Source: Raja brachyura
Lineage: Eukaryota
DNA: 64,000 bases
Reading direction: 5' to 3'
Assembly: GCA_963514005.1 (NCBI GenBank)
Contig: OY740811.1
Coordinates: 24,924,001-24,988,000, forward strand
The notes under the pieces were generated by a model, which saw nothing but the letters and a program-made list of their open reading frames with translations, was not told the DNA's origin and ran no database searches. Made by a program: the position numbers and the translations under genes. This document shows positions 1 to 12,480 of the stretch, piece by piece; the stretch's first letter is position 1; each line of letters opens with the position of its first letter.

Positions 1-96
1 AGTCATTGCCTACTATGTTCTGTTGTGTTGAAAGCAAAGCAAGAATTTCATTGTCCTATCAGGGACACATGACAATAAACTCTCTTGAATCTTGAA
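1..96 (+). mobile_element. Rex1/Babar-type LINE 3' tail
   Basis: AAGAATTTCATTGTCCTATC...GACAATAAAC followed by a TCTTGAA repeat; reverse-complement copies at 15567-15633 and 23185-23265. Confidence 0.6.
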
Positions 97-1249
97 ATAC
101 TGATCACTATTAAAATTGAAAGATTTATTGATCTGGAATAGCAATGTCACCAAGCAAGTTGTCACCTGGTTAATGGGATTTAATGCAACACAGAGAGTTT
201 TAGATGGTGTCATACTGACAGAAGGTTGAATGAAAATGGCCAGTAAGGAATGCGTTGGAATATGCAATGTACAGAAATAACAATGGCAGAGTGAAGGGTT
301 ACAGCAGCACATGAACTGAGGCAGGGTTGGAAATACATCTTGCTGTTTAAATCCATCGTTTCTCTTAATTAGACATCAAACATTGTTCCTTGGCATACTT
401 CATAACATTTTATGTCATTTATTATTTAAAATGATGTAGGTGAATAGGTGGTTATGTAAAGTGTTCTGTGACCTTGATATCATTTTTACCACATCACACC
501 TCAACTGTGGGAGTAAAATAAGAGTTTTTCCAGTGTGATGAGTCAGAAAGTAAAAAAGAGACTGCTGGTTAAAGAGGAAAATTAATACTCCTACAAAGCT
601 TTTTGCAAGGTGTGTACATTCATTCATTGCATCTCTAAACTAAGGATTAAGATATGTTGGCCTGGAAACTGGGTTACATGGCACAGTTTCTTTCAGTGTG
701 TAGGGTGCCAGGTTTCCTCATGATTTAATTTGCAAATCCAGATTGCACTGTTGAGACATTCCTTATGATACCAATTGGGTGGAACAGCCGGGTTCCATGG
801 GTGTTGTGCCTGAATGACAGAAGAATAAACATTTGATACTTGGTGACATCAGTTCTCTTGCACGTCAATTTGACATCAGCTCTGTCTTTCAACTTTAGAG
901 ATTCAGTGTGGAAACAGGCCATTCAGTCAAAACGGACCGCATCCATCAAGCTAGTGCGTGCATGGGAAAAGCAGGAAGTACCTGCAGCACATGTGATGTG
1001 AACAAGTACTCAATTATTTACAGATTTATTAGTGTTTGACAAGGTTGGGGTGCTCATTAGAACTGTACCATGTTGCTTATTTTAAGGAAGACAAATCTTC
1101 CAAGGTGCCAGTGACTCCTTTCTGACCAAGAATGGAAGCTTCCATTATAAAGCTGCTAATAGTCTACTGTGAGGAGTTTGTGTTTAGCATCTCCTTATTA
1201 AAAATGAAATATAGGGATGACAATACCAAGCAGTGAAGAAACTCAGATC

Positions 1250-1650
1250 AAAGCCTACCTGTAGATAGATGCCATCGCAGTTATCTGGCTGCATCCAAGG
1301 TCAGTCTGTACATTCATCAGTTTTTGAATTGGTATAAGGGCAAGAGTCAACCTCAGGCTATGAGGCTATGCTTTTCGGCAATTGGCCCGATTGGTCCACT
1401 GTCCCCTTCACCGTCAGGTCTGATTACCTAAAGGTGCTGAGGATCAGGTTCGGAGCAACCGAAGAAGATAGGCAGGGTTAAATGAAAACTGGGAACTGTG
1501 AGGTGGTGCTGTCTCATGAAGCAAGAGTCTGGTTATCAGTATTGCTGTACTTGGTGCAGGTGTGACCCATTCCCTGCTCCTTTGCTATGTAGTCAACCTG
1601 AGCTATTTTCCGTTTCACCCGGGGACCCAAGACGGAATGTGTTTACAGGT
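1250..1650 (+). mobile_element. Degenerate Tx1/L1-clade reverse transcriptase fragment
   Basis: Broken frame reads EAMLFGNWPDWSTVPFTVRSDYLKVL...AIFRF, with a decayed YxDD-like segment near 1260; interrupted by stops and frameshifts. Confidence 0.6.
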
Positions 1651-1689
1651 TGTATTGCACGTGCCCAGATAACAGGGCTGTAAAAGCAT

Positions 1690-1900
1690 TCCCATCTCCC
1701 TTGAGGATGGCAACCTGTATCCAACTGCCAGGCTTTGGCCTGCCTCTCCTCTCTTCCAACTCCCCCCACCTCCCCCTCTCCAATCAGTCTGAAGAACAGT
1801 CCCAACCAGAAACATAATCTATGCATGTTTCCCAGAGATGCTGACAGACCTGCTGAGTTACTCCAGCACTTTGTGTCTTTCAGTTCTACAGTTTCTTGTT
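1690..1900 (+). mobile_element. Penelope-like element 3' terminal repeat (degenerate hammerhead)
   Basis: C-rich tract, then CAGTCTGAAGA...GAAAC...AGAGATGCTG...CTGCTGAGTTACTCCAGCA, matching the sequence that follows the GIY-YIG remnant at 63560-63685. Confidence 0.75.
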
Positions 1901-1949
1901 TCATCATTTTATTCTCTCTACATTCCCTTCAACTTGATTCCCTTGATTC

Positions 1950-2050
1950 TAACGCTCACCTGAACACTAGAGCAATCTACAGCAGCCATTTAATCTACAA
2001 ACCAGCAAATCTTCGTGATGTGGGAGGAAACTAGAGAACACAGAGGACAC
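1950..2050 (-). mobile_element. V-SINE (HE1-like) fragment
   Basis: GTGGGAGGAAAC is the reverse complement of the V-domain GTTTCCTCCCAC seen at 24494-24505. Confidence 0.5.
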
Positions 2051-2084
2051 AATACATTGATGATGCCACATTTGGAGTGATGTG

Positions 2085-2335
2085 TTCAATTTTGGTCACC
2101 CTGCTAGAGGAAGGATGTCATTGAGCTGGAAAGAGAGCAGAGAAAATTTAAGAGGATGTTGCCACAACTCGAGGGCCTGCACTGTAGGGAGAGCTTGGGC
2201 AAGATAGTACATAATCCTTCGAGTGCAGGAGACTAAGAGTTAATTTTGAAGAGGTGTAAATCATGGTGGGAATTGATAGGGTGAATGCACAGAGCCTTCT
2301 ATCCAGGGTAGGGGAATCAAAAACCAGAGAAAGAT
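2085..2335 (+). mobile_element. CR1/HER1 LINE ORF2 C-terminal fragment
   Basis: Decayed VQFWSP..RKDVI.LE..QR.F.RMLP motif, similar to the copy at 8660-8920. Confidence 0.8.
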
Positions 2336-2340
2336 TTAAA

Positions 2341-3330
2341 ACAGAGATCACTACAGCAAAAGCATCAGGCCCTTTGGCCCTCAATGTCTATGCCAAATAT
2401 GATGCCAAGACCAACTCTTATCTCCCTGCACATAGTCCAAATCCCACCATTCCATAGATATCCATATGCCTATCCAAAAGTCTCTTGAATGCCACTGTTG
2501 TATCTGCCTCCCCTGGCAGTTTGTTCCAGGCACTTACCACCATCTGTATAACAAAAACTTGTCCCATACATCTTCTTCAAACTTTACCCCTCTCATCTTG
2601 AAACTTTGCCCTCCAGGATTCAACTTTTCCATCCTGGGGGAAAAGGTCCTATATATATATTTCTCATAATTTTGTATACTTCTATCGCTTCTCCCCGCAG
2701 CCTCTCGCGTTCCAGAGAGAACAACCCAAGTCTGTTCAAGCTCTCCCTGTAGCTAATACCCACTAATCCAGGCATCATTCTGGTAAGCCTCCTCTGCACA
2801 CTTTCCAAAGCCTCCACATCCTTCCGATAATGGGGCAACCAGAACTGCACTCATTACTCAAAAGGCAGCCTAACCAAAGTCCAATAAAGCTGCATCATGA
2901 CTTACTGACTCTCATATTCAATGCTCCAAACTATGAAGCAAGCATAACATATGCCATCATTACTACTCTATCTACTTGTGTTGCCACTTTCAGGCAGTTA
3001 TGGACTTGGATCCCAAGATACCTCTGTACATCAATACTGTTAAAGGTCATGCCATTAATTGAATTGAATAAATTGAATTGAATAAAATGTTATTAGTCAA
3101 GTATGTATACATACAAGGAATTTGCCTTGGTGTTTTGTTCGCAAAAGGATAAAAACACAATATACAGCAGACAATTACAAATAAAATATTGTATATTTTC
3201 CCCTTACATTTGGCCTCTCAAAGTGTAACACCTCACACCTGTTTGGATTAAACTCCATCTGCTATTTCTCTGTCCATTTCATACAGCAGCATTTATATCC
3301 TGCTGTATACTTTGGTAGCCTTCCTCACAA
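2341..3330 (-). mobile_element. CR1/HER1 LINE 3' part, interrupted by a Rex1 tail
   Basis: ORF 2620-2850(-) reads QFWLPHYRKDVEALESVQRRLTRMMPGL...LGLFSLE; 3' UTR with a GGGCCAAAGGGCCTG tail near 2365-2380. Confidence 0.88.
3058..3188 (-). mobile_element. Rex1/Babar 3' tail inserted in CR1
   Basis: Reverse complement of 7440-7505 (CAAGGCAAATTCCTTGTATG...AATAA plus ATTCA-type repeats). Confidence 0.7.
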
Positions 3331-4675
3331 CAATATATAGAAAATTGCACATTGCACTTATTATCTTTGAAATTGAACAATCCAATACTGATCTACATCA
3401 TGGCTAGGAACACAGTTTAAAATAGCATCTCAAGAGAGAAGAAAGAAGAGGTAGAAAGGTGTAGACAGGGAATTCAAAAGCAAAGGTAAGCTAGCTAAGG
3501 CCACTGTCTTCAGTTTGGAGTGATTACAAACAGGATGGAATAAAAGGCCAGAATTGGAATAGAGCAAAAACCGTGAAGGGATGGAGGAAGTAATGGACAA
3601 GGAGAGTTGAGTTGAGTTAAGTTAAGAGTTTTTAATTGGCATATGCACTGGGAATGGAACAATTACATTCTTCTTGGTGTTGGAGGATTTTGAAGAGAAG
3701 GGTGAGAATTTAAAATGTCACGATGCTCCTAGACACGGAGTCAATATATGTATGCCGGAATAATCACTGACAGTCATTGATAGAATCCATCAGTCAAATG
3801 ATAATAATCACGAACAAGAAGGTCCCAGGTTCAATTCTCCAACATAGGCTGATTAGTGTCTCTCAACTAAGGAGATTAGGAAGAAAAATAAATGTCAGCC
3901 AGTGTTCTGCTCATGATGGCCATTTAGTGAATTGTGTTGGAAATGTGCAGATATGGACATTGAGTGAATGAATCATTGAGTTTTGCTGTGCTGCCATCCC
4001 GAATTAACTAGTTTCCCAATGCATACAGTCTACGTTCATACCTGGATAAGGCATGAATGGATTCCTATAGACCGGCAACCCAGAAGAGAAGGGAAAAATT
4101 GGCCAAAAAAAGAAGAAATAAAAGAATACAACGTTTATGTTTATTAAAGAAAAACTTTTCTGAAAGAAATCACCTTATGGAGGTTTTAATAGTTAATAAA
4201 CTGCCAGTTTCTGCATTTATGATTGTTGGTGGCGTAATGATACACAGATCCTCCCTCCTGGGTTCAATTCTGACCTTAGGTGTTGGCTGAATAGAATTTA
4301 CACATACTCCCTGTGATTGTGTGATTTCTGCTGGCATATTAAAGAGGTTGATCGCTTTATGGACCACTGTAAATCAGTGGACGTGAGTGGGAGGAGGATC
4401 ATGGAGAGTTGATAGTGATATTTCCCTATTTCTAAAATTAAACTTTATTCAAAATAAAAAATATAATCCAAAAACTGTGCAAAACCTCTTCAGACATTCT
4501 CAGCAGGTACACATTTATTAGTGTAATACTCAGTTGAGTTTGCACCTATCTTTAAGCAAAACAATCTACCCTTACCACTCATGAGGCACCCCTGGGATGA
4601 TATCCCTTTCTTTATTTGAAGGGCGTTCCCACCAGACTCTGCCCCTCAATGCCAAGCAGTGAAGAGATGCTAGAC

Positions 4676-6128
4676 CAGGGGTGGGGAACCTTTTCATGTT
4701 GGAATGCCGCATTAAGTTAGCTGTAATCTAATAAGGCCGCATCCAAGAAACTTCAATTAGATATACTTCACGACATTTATCTTGAAAGTTGTTGAAGAAA
4801 TGTATTCCTCGTGTTCTACCCGTAAGAATGCCCAAAGCGACTAACTCTTCGTGGCAATAAAATAACACTCATGACTTACTAATGTTTTAATTGTGGCCGT
4901 CAGTCAGGGAGGATTATTTAGTTGAATCTTCTTTTACTCTTTCGTATTTTAAATACGTTCATTTTAAGATTAAAATAAAAAATAATAAAAGACGAAGAAA
5001 ATCACATTAATAAAAATAAAAGGATTTGTTCTACAAAATTTGGATTCATTCAAAAGGCCACACTTAATGGCCTAGAAGTAGGTATGTTACAAAACTTACC
5101 TTGAGCAGCGCTGCAGTTCTGCTGCTCCCCGTGTGTGTGACTTTGGCGCCTTTCAGAGGGAGCGGGCTTAAAGTGCCGTTTTTCAACAGACAGGGAAAAT
5201 CGATCCATGTCGGGCGATTTCGTTGCGGAAGAAAAATCGCTCCGACATTTCATTCATGAAGGTATTTTTTAATTGCGCTAGATTATTTATTAACTAGAGT
5301 AATTTAAAAATCACCTTCAAAAGCCGTGAGCGCCGACAACGGGAAGGATTTTGCGTAGGGGAGAAAGAAAGGTACACAGTTTATTTTTATATTAAAAGTT
5401 GGTTTTTATGGAGGCTTTAATCATATTTTCATGTTGCGAAATGGGGTCCAAAAAAATGTATGAACCAACAGTATTTTTCCTCCTGACTTCACCGCACACC
5501 GCAACGTTCCAATCCACCACATTCCGCTAAAACCCACTCGCTAGTTGATTTAAATGGCCATTAATTTACAGGCATTAAACACTAAATTCTTTCCATTTGG
5601 CCCAGAAATTCATGAAAATGAGATTTAAAAATTATGTTATATTGTGGATTATTGTGTGAATGTTATTTGGACACTTAGGCAATTTTTAAAAAGTTTATCT
5701 TTTCTTAAGAAATGGATAGATGTTTAGATCTACTCATTGAATTTTGTAATTAGCTACAATTAGATAACTAACTAATTATATGCTTTAATTTCAGGTCATC
5801 CAAGTAAGATTGTTTCAGAATGCCTCAATCTACAATAACTGAAAAATTCATTGAGTTCTCTTAATTTTTAAGAAAGGTATGGGCTTTTAACTGTTCTAGA
5901 TCACAGCTTTTGAGTTAAGTCAATTGAAAGGCAATGGGGAACAAGATGCTAATTTCCGAGTATGAAAATGGTCACAACTTTCTTAATACTGAAGATATGA
6001 AAGTGAATTAGGTGTCAAATTAAACTTCTTTTTATGCTTTATCTGATGGGATAAATTGCAGACTTGATTTTTAAAATCTCAAAATTTTGCAACATTGCTA
6101 CTAGAAGGCTGCAGGTTCCCTACCCCTG
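4676..6128. mobile_element. Non-autonomous hAT (Charlie-like) DNA transposon
   Basis: TIRs CAGGGGTGGGGAACCT (4676-4691) and AGGTTCCCTACCCCTG (6113-6128) match 15/16; 8-bp TSD TGCTAGAC (4668-4675) / CGCTAGAC (6129-6136) with central TA. Confidence 0.88.
5079..6100. mobile_element. Non-autonomous TIR DNA transposon nested inside the hAT element
   Basis: Direct repeat CTAGAAG at 5072-5078 and 6101-6107; imperfect TIRs TAGGTATGTTACAAAA and TTTTGCAACATTGCTA (13/16). Confidence 0.75.
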
Positions 6129-6324
6129 CGCTAGACTATGGTCCTACCACACAGAGCCTTGGTGTTGGCTGCAACAAACATCAATGAGTCCCTCAGCATG
6201 TACTCCTGCAGTCTGAATGGGCCAGTTGGCAATGTCGGCCAGAAGGTATCAATGATATTGGTAGGAAAAGGAATTAGGTCCTGCAATGTGAAAGCTTAAA
6301 GGACAGAAGATTAAAAGGACCTAA

Positions 6325-6545
6325 GGGTTGTAATCTCTGGATTACTCCTGGTGCTATGTGCTAGTGAGGGTAGGAATAGAAGGATAGATTAATGCATGGC
6401 TGAGGAAATGGTACAAGAGAGAGAGGGATACAGGTTCTTAGACTATTGGAATCTCTTCTGGGGCAGAGATTACATGTATGAGAGATTGCACCTGAATTGC
6501 AGGCGAACTAATATCCTGAAAGGGAGATTTGCTGGAGCTACTCAA
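6325..6545 (+). mobile_element. CR1 ORF1 SGNH-esterase remnant
   Basis: Decayed VVISGLL....SEGRNRR..NAWLRKW....Y.FLDYW....LHLN...TNIL, typical of the esterase domain in CR1 ORF1. Confidence 0.65.
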
Positions 6546-6549
6546 TAGA

Positions 6550-8000
6550 TCTAGGTCAACTGGGAGTGGACAAAGGAATGGCATAAGGAATTTAATATAG
6601 ACAAGTGCAAACTGATGCATTTTGGGAAGTTCAACCAGGGCAGGACTCATGTAGTGAAAAACAGTCCGGAAAGGAGAGATGTGGAATAGAGAGATCCAAG
6701 AGTACAGGAAGTGACACAGCTGGGGTTCTGGTGTCATCGCAACACGCTGGAGCTTAATGCTCTTCAGACAGTGGAATTGATTGTGGAATTTAGGAGAGCT
6801 CACCCCATTCACCATCAACAACACCACAGTCACATCTGTGGAGTATTTTAAGATCCTGGGAACCATCATCTCCAAGAACCATAAATGGGGGGCCACCATC
6901 GACTCCACAGTCAAAAAGGCACAACAGAGGATGTACTTCCCGCGACAGCTGAGGAAACACAATCTGCCACAGGCAATGGTGGTCCAATTCTATACGGCCA
7001 TCGTAGAGTCTGTCCTCGCCTTCTCCATCATGGTCTGGTTTGGCTCAGCCACCAAGCACGACACCCGGAGGCTGCAGCGAAATGTCCGATCAGCTGAGAA
7101 GGTTATTGGCTGCAACCTTCCCGCCATTGATGAACTGTACACTGTAAGGGCCAGGAAGCGAGCGGGTAAGATCATCTCTGACCCCTCTCACTCTGGCCAC
7201 AAACTCTTTGAATCACTTCCCTCTGGAAGGCGACTCCGGACTGTCAAAGCTGCCACTGCCAGACATAAAAACATCTTTTTCTCATGAGTAGTAGCTCTAC
7301 TCAATAAACAAAAATCTGTAGCCTCCTTTTGCTCTGGTCTTCACATATTTAATCGATAATGTTTTATTATTAATGTTTAAAGTTTTATGTGTCATTCTTA
7401 ATTGTCACTGTATGTCATGTTGTCACTTGTGAGCGGAACACCAAGGCAAATTCCTTGTATGTGAACATACTTGGCCAATAAACTTATTCATTCATTCAAT
7501 TCATTCGTACATAGTTCTCTGAAAGTGACGACCAAGTGATGAAGCAGCCATGTGGCACAGATGCTGTGCATTGTGTGCAAGGATTGGGACTTCATGTTAC
7601 ACCTGTATAGCAATTGGTTAAACTATACCTGGACCATTGTGTGCCAGCATACTATAGATAAAATTTGTATTTAAGCTAGAGGTGGTACAGAAGAGATTCA
7701 CAAGGATGTTGCCGGAACTGGAGGGCTTGAGTCATGACGAGTGACTGGATCAGCTGGGACTTTTTCCTGGAATAAAGAAAGGTGAGTTTGTAGACTCATG
7801 AGGGTCATATGCGGCATATGGAACAAACTTCCAGAGGAAGTGATAGAGGCAGGCACCATTATAATGTACAAAAGACATTTGGACAGGTTCATGAGGACAC
7901 TGGAAATCTGAAATAACCAGAAATGTAGGCAAGGCACAATTTTCTGTAAGAACAAATTGGGCCAAAGGGCCTGTTTCCATAACACATTACTTTATGACTC
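6550..8000 (+). mobile_element. Old CR1 ORF2/3' UTR, split by a Rex1 insertion (6550-6707 and 7507-8000)
   Basis: FNIDKCKLMHFG before the insertion; GTACATAGTTCTCTGAAAGT resumes after it; GGGCCAAAGGGCCTGTTTCC tail near 7960. Confidence 0.75.
6708..7506 (+). mobile_element. 5'-truncated Rex1/Babar LINE (relatively young)
   Basis: ORF 6781-7287 reads VEYFKILGTIIS...KKAQQRMYF.RQLRKHNLPQ...FYTAIVESVL..SI.VWFG...LPSGRRLR; 3' AATAAA plus ATTC repeats. Confidence 0.9.
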
Positions 8001-8139
8001 AGTCAATGTAACTGATTGGTGTTCCGAGAGCTGGCATTGACTGGGTAGACTGAATGGCTTCCTTCTGTGTCACAAGGAAATATATGAGAACACATTATAT
8101 TCCGAGTGTTAAGTACAGTTCAGACACTGCTTTTCCTAA

Positions 8140-9206
8140 AACAAAAAGTAGGGATTAATGGGTCCCTTTCAGAATGGCAGGCAGAGACTAGAGGGGTACT
8201 GCAAGGCTCGTTGCTGGGACCGCTGTTATTTACAATATGCATCAATGATTTAAATGAAGGGGTTCGAAGTAACATGAGCAAATTTGCAGATGACACAAAG
8301 CTGGGTGGCAGTGTCAACTGTGAGGAGGATGCTATGAGGATGCAGGGTGACTTGGACAGGTTGGGTGAGTGGGCAGATGCGTGGCAGATGCAGTTTAATG
8401 TGGATAAATGTGAGGTTATCCACTTTGATGGCAAGAACAAGAAGGCAGATTATTATCTGAATGGTGTCAAGTTGGGAAAAGGAGAAGTACAATGAGATCT
8501 GGGTGTCCTTATACATCAGTCACTGAAAGTAAGTATGCAGTTACAGCAGGCAGTGAAGAAAGCGAATGGCATATTGGCCTTCATAACAAGGGGAAATGAG
8601 TATAGGAAAGGAGAAGTCCTTCTGCAGTTGTACAGGGCCCTAGTGAGACCACACCTTGCGTATCGTGTGCAGTTTTGGTCTCCACATTTGAGGAAGGACA
8701 TTCTTGCTATCGAGGGAGTGCAGCATAGGTTCACAAGGTTAATTCTCGGGTTGGCAGGACTGTCATATGTTGATAGAATGGAGCGGCTTGGCTTGTATAC
8801 TCTGGAATTTAGGATGAGAGGAGATCTTATTGAAACATAAGATTATTAAGAAATTGGACACGCTAGAGGCAGGAAACATGTTCCCGATGTTGGGGGAGTC
8901 CAGAACCAGGGCCCACAGTTTAAGAATAAGGGGTATGCCATTTAGAACGAAGATGAGGAAAAACGTTTTCACCCAGAGAGTTGTGAATCTGTGGCATTCT
9001 CTGGCTCAGAAGGCAGTGGAGGCAAATTCTCTGGATGCTTTCAAGAGAGAGTTAGATAGAGCTCTTAAAGAAAGCGGAGTCAGCGGAAATGGTGAGAAGG
9101 CAGGAACGGGGTACTGAATGTGGATGATCAGCCATAATCATAGCGAATGGCGGTGCTGGCTCAAAGGGCCGAATGGCCTACTCCTGCACCTATTGTCTAT
9201 TGTCTA
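8140..9206 (+). mobile_element. 5'-truncated CR1 LINE (young), RT domain plus 3' UTR
   Basis: GVLQGSLLGPLLFTICINDL...SKFADDTKLGG (FADD motif); one CGA>TGA-type stop at 8493 and a frameshift near 8830; tail GGCCTACTCCTGCACC followed by TATTGTC repeats. Confidence 0.95.
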
Positions 9207-9576
9207 AAATTGAAAATGTTGCAGATGATCAGCAAGTCAGGTGGCATTGGTGAAAGAAAAGCATAATGTCTCAGTTTGCAGTCTTTCATTACAACTGAGA
9301 AATGCTATCTCTGAGTCTGAAACGCTAACAATGTTTCACTCACCATTGATACAATTTGACTTGCTATTTTCTGTTATTTCCGGTGTCTGCTGTATCTTGT
9401 TCTTAAAAATATGCATTTTTGAAGCATTATCGTGATCAAAGATATCACCACAATGAATTGGAACTGTTTCCATACGTAGCACTTGGCATCAGAATCAGGG
9501 ACACATCGGAATTATCAACAGACAGTAAAATTATGTTGGTTCAGAGCAGATTCTGATTGTTGTTCTCTTGCACTAG

Positions 9577-11196
9577 TTCAGTGAAAAGTAAACTTTATGT
9601 TCAATTTTCCAAATGCATGCATTTACTTGTAGGTGTGTTAACATTAATTATTAGTCACAACTGAGTAAATTGCTACTTATAGAATATTTATTTTTAAATT
9701 AAAGCACAAATGTACTTATAGATTTGCAGCACGTTTCCTAAGTATACTGGTGCCAATGTTTGAACTTCGGCATATTGTGTGTTGATTTAAAATCTTTTAC
9801 TATTTTGCTTACATAAATGACTTAATAAAAATGAACATCTGTCCCTGCTCTAGCTGGAAATGTCGAGATGCACAATTGGATAGGCATCATCTGTAAACTG
9901 TGGAGCAGAGTTAGTGTTCCAAAAATATATTAAAGATAAATACTTAAAAAGCTGTTCTTAAATAACATCCATGTGTTCTGGTGAAGGAACATTAATTTGA
10001 AATGTTGGCTCCAACATTTGCAATGAAGGTAGGGTGGGAGTGGGGGAAATAGCTGAATGCATCCTATGAACCCAGTAACCCTGGGGATGTATATGCCCTA
10101 CTGAGCAAATCAAGAACTCATTATTTCAATTTCTCATCTAGCCTTTAGCATGGAGAATTCAGGTATTTTGGCTTGGCATTTGGAATATTTCCAATTTCTG
10201 AAAAGGTAAAGAAGCCCAAGAGGATTTGAATGTTGAGAGAGATAGATTTGGGCCTCAAGTGGAGTTAGGAAACACCTCAATGGTAGAACATGTTAATGGA
10301 AGGAATAGTGATCAGGAGAGTGCTTCAAAACAACCCGGAGAGGATGACAGGGTACTTGGGCTGATGTCACATTTTAAGATTTAATTTTTAACTTCATCTT
10401 CTCCTGTCTCTTCTTTTCCAGTTCTGAGGATGGATCATTGTCCTGAAATATTAACTCTGCTTCTCTCTCCTGCGAAAATAATTCCAACAATTTCTTTTTT
10501 TATCTCAGATTTATCACATCCGCTGTTTCATGATTTTCTTCTGTCAGTCATTGGGTTGCCGTTAACTTTATTTCCTTCTCCATGGATGCTGCATGATCTG
10601 CCAGGTGTGTTTTATTTTAGTGATTTCTGCTTATTTCAGCTTTTTAGCATGTACACATTTATAATAGAACCGCTAGTGAAAATGTCAAGTGGCGGTTACA
10701 CTTTCCTGAGTGTGGAGAGGCTGAAGTAGAAATTAAACAGATGCTAATAACAGATGCACCATATCATAAAAGTGAGATGCGTGCACCATTCTCATCGTCC
10801 ATGACTGGCTAACTGACGTTTCTCTTTGGTCTCTTGTAATGTAAAATATAGGACTCAAAAACAAGAAATCTGTAGTGGATCCACATAACTAAATATACCG
10901 TGAATTCTGATCATTGGATTACCAAATTCAACTGAAATTCAGTGAAAAGTAAAATTTATGAGTTCAGTTTTCCAAATGCATACATTTATTAATGCGGGTT
11001 AACATTAATTATTAGTCACTACTAAGTAAATTGTTACTTACAGAATATTTATTTTTAAATTAAAGCACAAATGTACTTATAGAATTGCAGCACATTTCCC
11101 CAGTATACTGGTACAAATGGTGGAACATCTGCATATTGTGTGTTGATTTAAAATCTTTGACTATTTTGCTTACATATATGACATAATAAAAAATGA
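9577..11196 (+). repeat. Dispersed direct duplication of ~260 bp (9577-9834 and 10938-11196)
   Basis: Shared blocks TTCAGTGAAAAGTAAA, GTTAACATTAATTATTAGTCAC, AGAATATTTATTTTTAAATTAAAGCACAAATGTACTTATAGA and GCATATTGTGTGTTGATTTAAAATCTTT. Confidence 0.92.
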
Positions 11197-11849
11197 GTGT
11201 TATGTTAACTGATCTTAGTTTGGGTAACACTGGAGAAAATACAATTCGTTCAATGTTTGTGGGCAATGAATCATAAATAAAATGAACCAGGGTTCATGTT
11301 CCTAATTGCTATCCAATGAGTATTTAATGTATACAAGTGTAAAGAGAAGCTAGACACATGCTTACATTACTTACAATCACTGTTGCTATAAAAAATATAC
11401 AGTATTATACCAACTTTGGCAAAACACCACGGAATGCTTTTATATCCCAGCAGGAGTCACTGTTTCAAAAGAAATATTTGAGAAAATTTGGAAAAGTGGG
11501 AAGAAAAAGTGTCTTGATTATAGATTTGTGATATCCTAGCAAATCTTTAATTGTTCACAGATGCTGATGGATCTGCTAGCTTTGTGTTAGTGATGGTGCA
11601 TGCTTGTTAAGAAGGCTGCAAAATTCACCTCCTAAGAGTCTGTTTCCTTGATGTTATGACTGTTGAATGGCCTTCACCAGTGCATTGCCCATATACATCA
11701 GATGTATCAATCATCAACTTATTTCTTGTGTAATGCTGATTTAATATCAGTAATATTAATTTATTCCATGAAAATATGATTAAAGCATTGATTCACTTTG
11801 TGTGAGCGCATTGTTTCTTTGATGCACTTTGCTCATCGATGTAATCACA

Positions 11850-12480
11850 AAAAAAGTTCATCAATGCCTCTACTTCCTCCGACATTTGAGGATATTCGGC
11901 ATGTGGCCGAATATCTATCGAACGTCTGCAGCAGTACGGTGGAGTACACACTGACTTGTTGCATACTGGTTCAGTAACTTGGTCGAAGGCACAAGAATGA
12001 AGGAGGCTGCAGAAAGTAAGAGAGCATTGCTCAGTCCCTTGGGCATTGACCTCCTCATCATCATAGGGATCTATAGGAAGGGCTGCCTCAGTAAGACAGC
12101 TAATATCATTAAAGATTCACATCATTCCGTCTGCACTCTCTTCTTCTACTACCTTCAGAATGAAGGTAAAGAGATTGGAAACCATAACCAGCAGTTTCAA
12201 GAACAGATTCTTCTCAGCAACCATCAGGCTCATGAATCACCCTGCACAACTGAAACCAAAACCCTACCTCTGCATTGAGCTACGATAAACTTTGTTTAGA
12301 TGGCACTCTATACTTTGGTTTGCACTATTATCGCCTGGTTACCTAGAATTACTGATAATATATTGTATTTTTGATTTATTATATTATTGATTTCTGTACA
12401 TTTATTAATTGTCTTGTGTCAGTGTTTGTGTGAAGCTGCAGCAGGTAAAAAATTAATTGGATCAGGCCTTATACACAGTG
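11850..12480 (+). mobile_element. Degenerate Rex1/Babar 3' fragment
   Basis: QRLYFLRHLR-like start; CLSKTANIIKDSHH motif; Rex1-type 3' UTR. Confidence 0.7.

Larger units (their letters stand above)
4425..6245 (-). mobile_element. Tx1/L1-like 3' end, split into 4425-4675 and 6129-6245 by a hAT insertion
   Basis: Minus-strand translation near 6130-6230 reads LAHSDCRS/QEYMLRDSLMFVAANTKALCGRTIV*; minus-strand AATAAA near 4444; sequence is contiguous across the hAT TSD. Confidence 0.6.

Noticed and set aside
3820-4400. tRNA-like B-box motifs (GGTTCAATTC) as possible tRNA genes
   Set aside because: No cloverleaf can be formed; more likely decayed SINE heads.
6438-6962. 174-aa minus-strand ORF
   Set aside because: It is an antisense shadow spanning a CR1/Rex1 junction.
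8106-9117. Possible active or domesticated reverse transcriptase gene
   Set aside because: It is 5'-truncated, with an in-frame stop and a frameshift: an ordinary dead CR1 copy.
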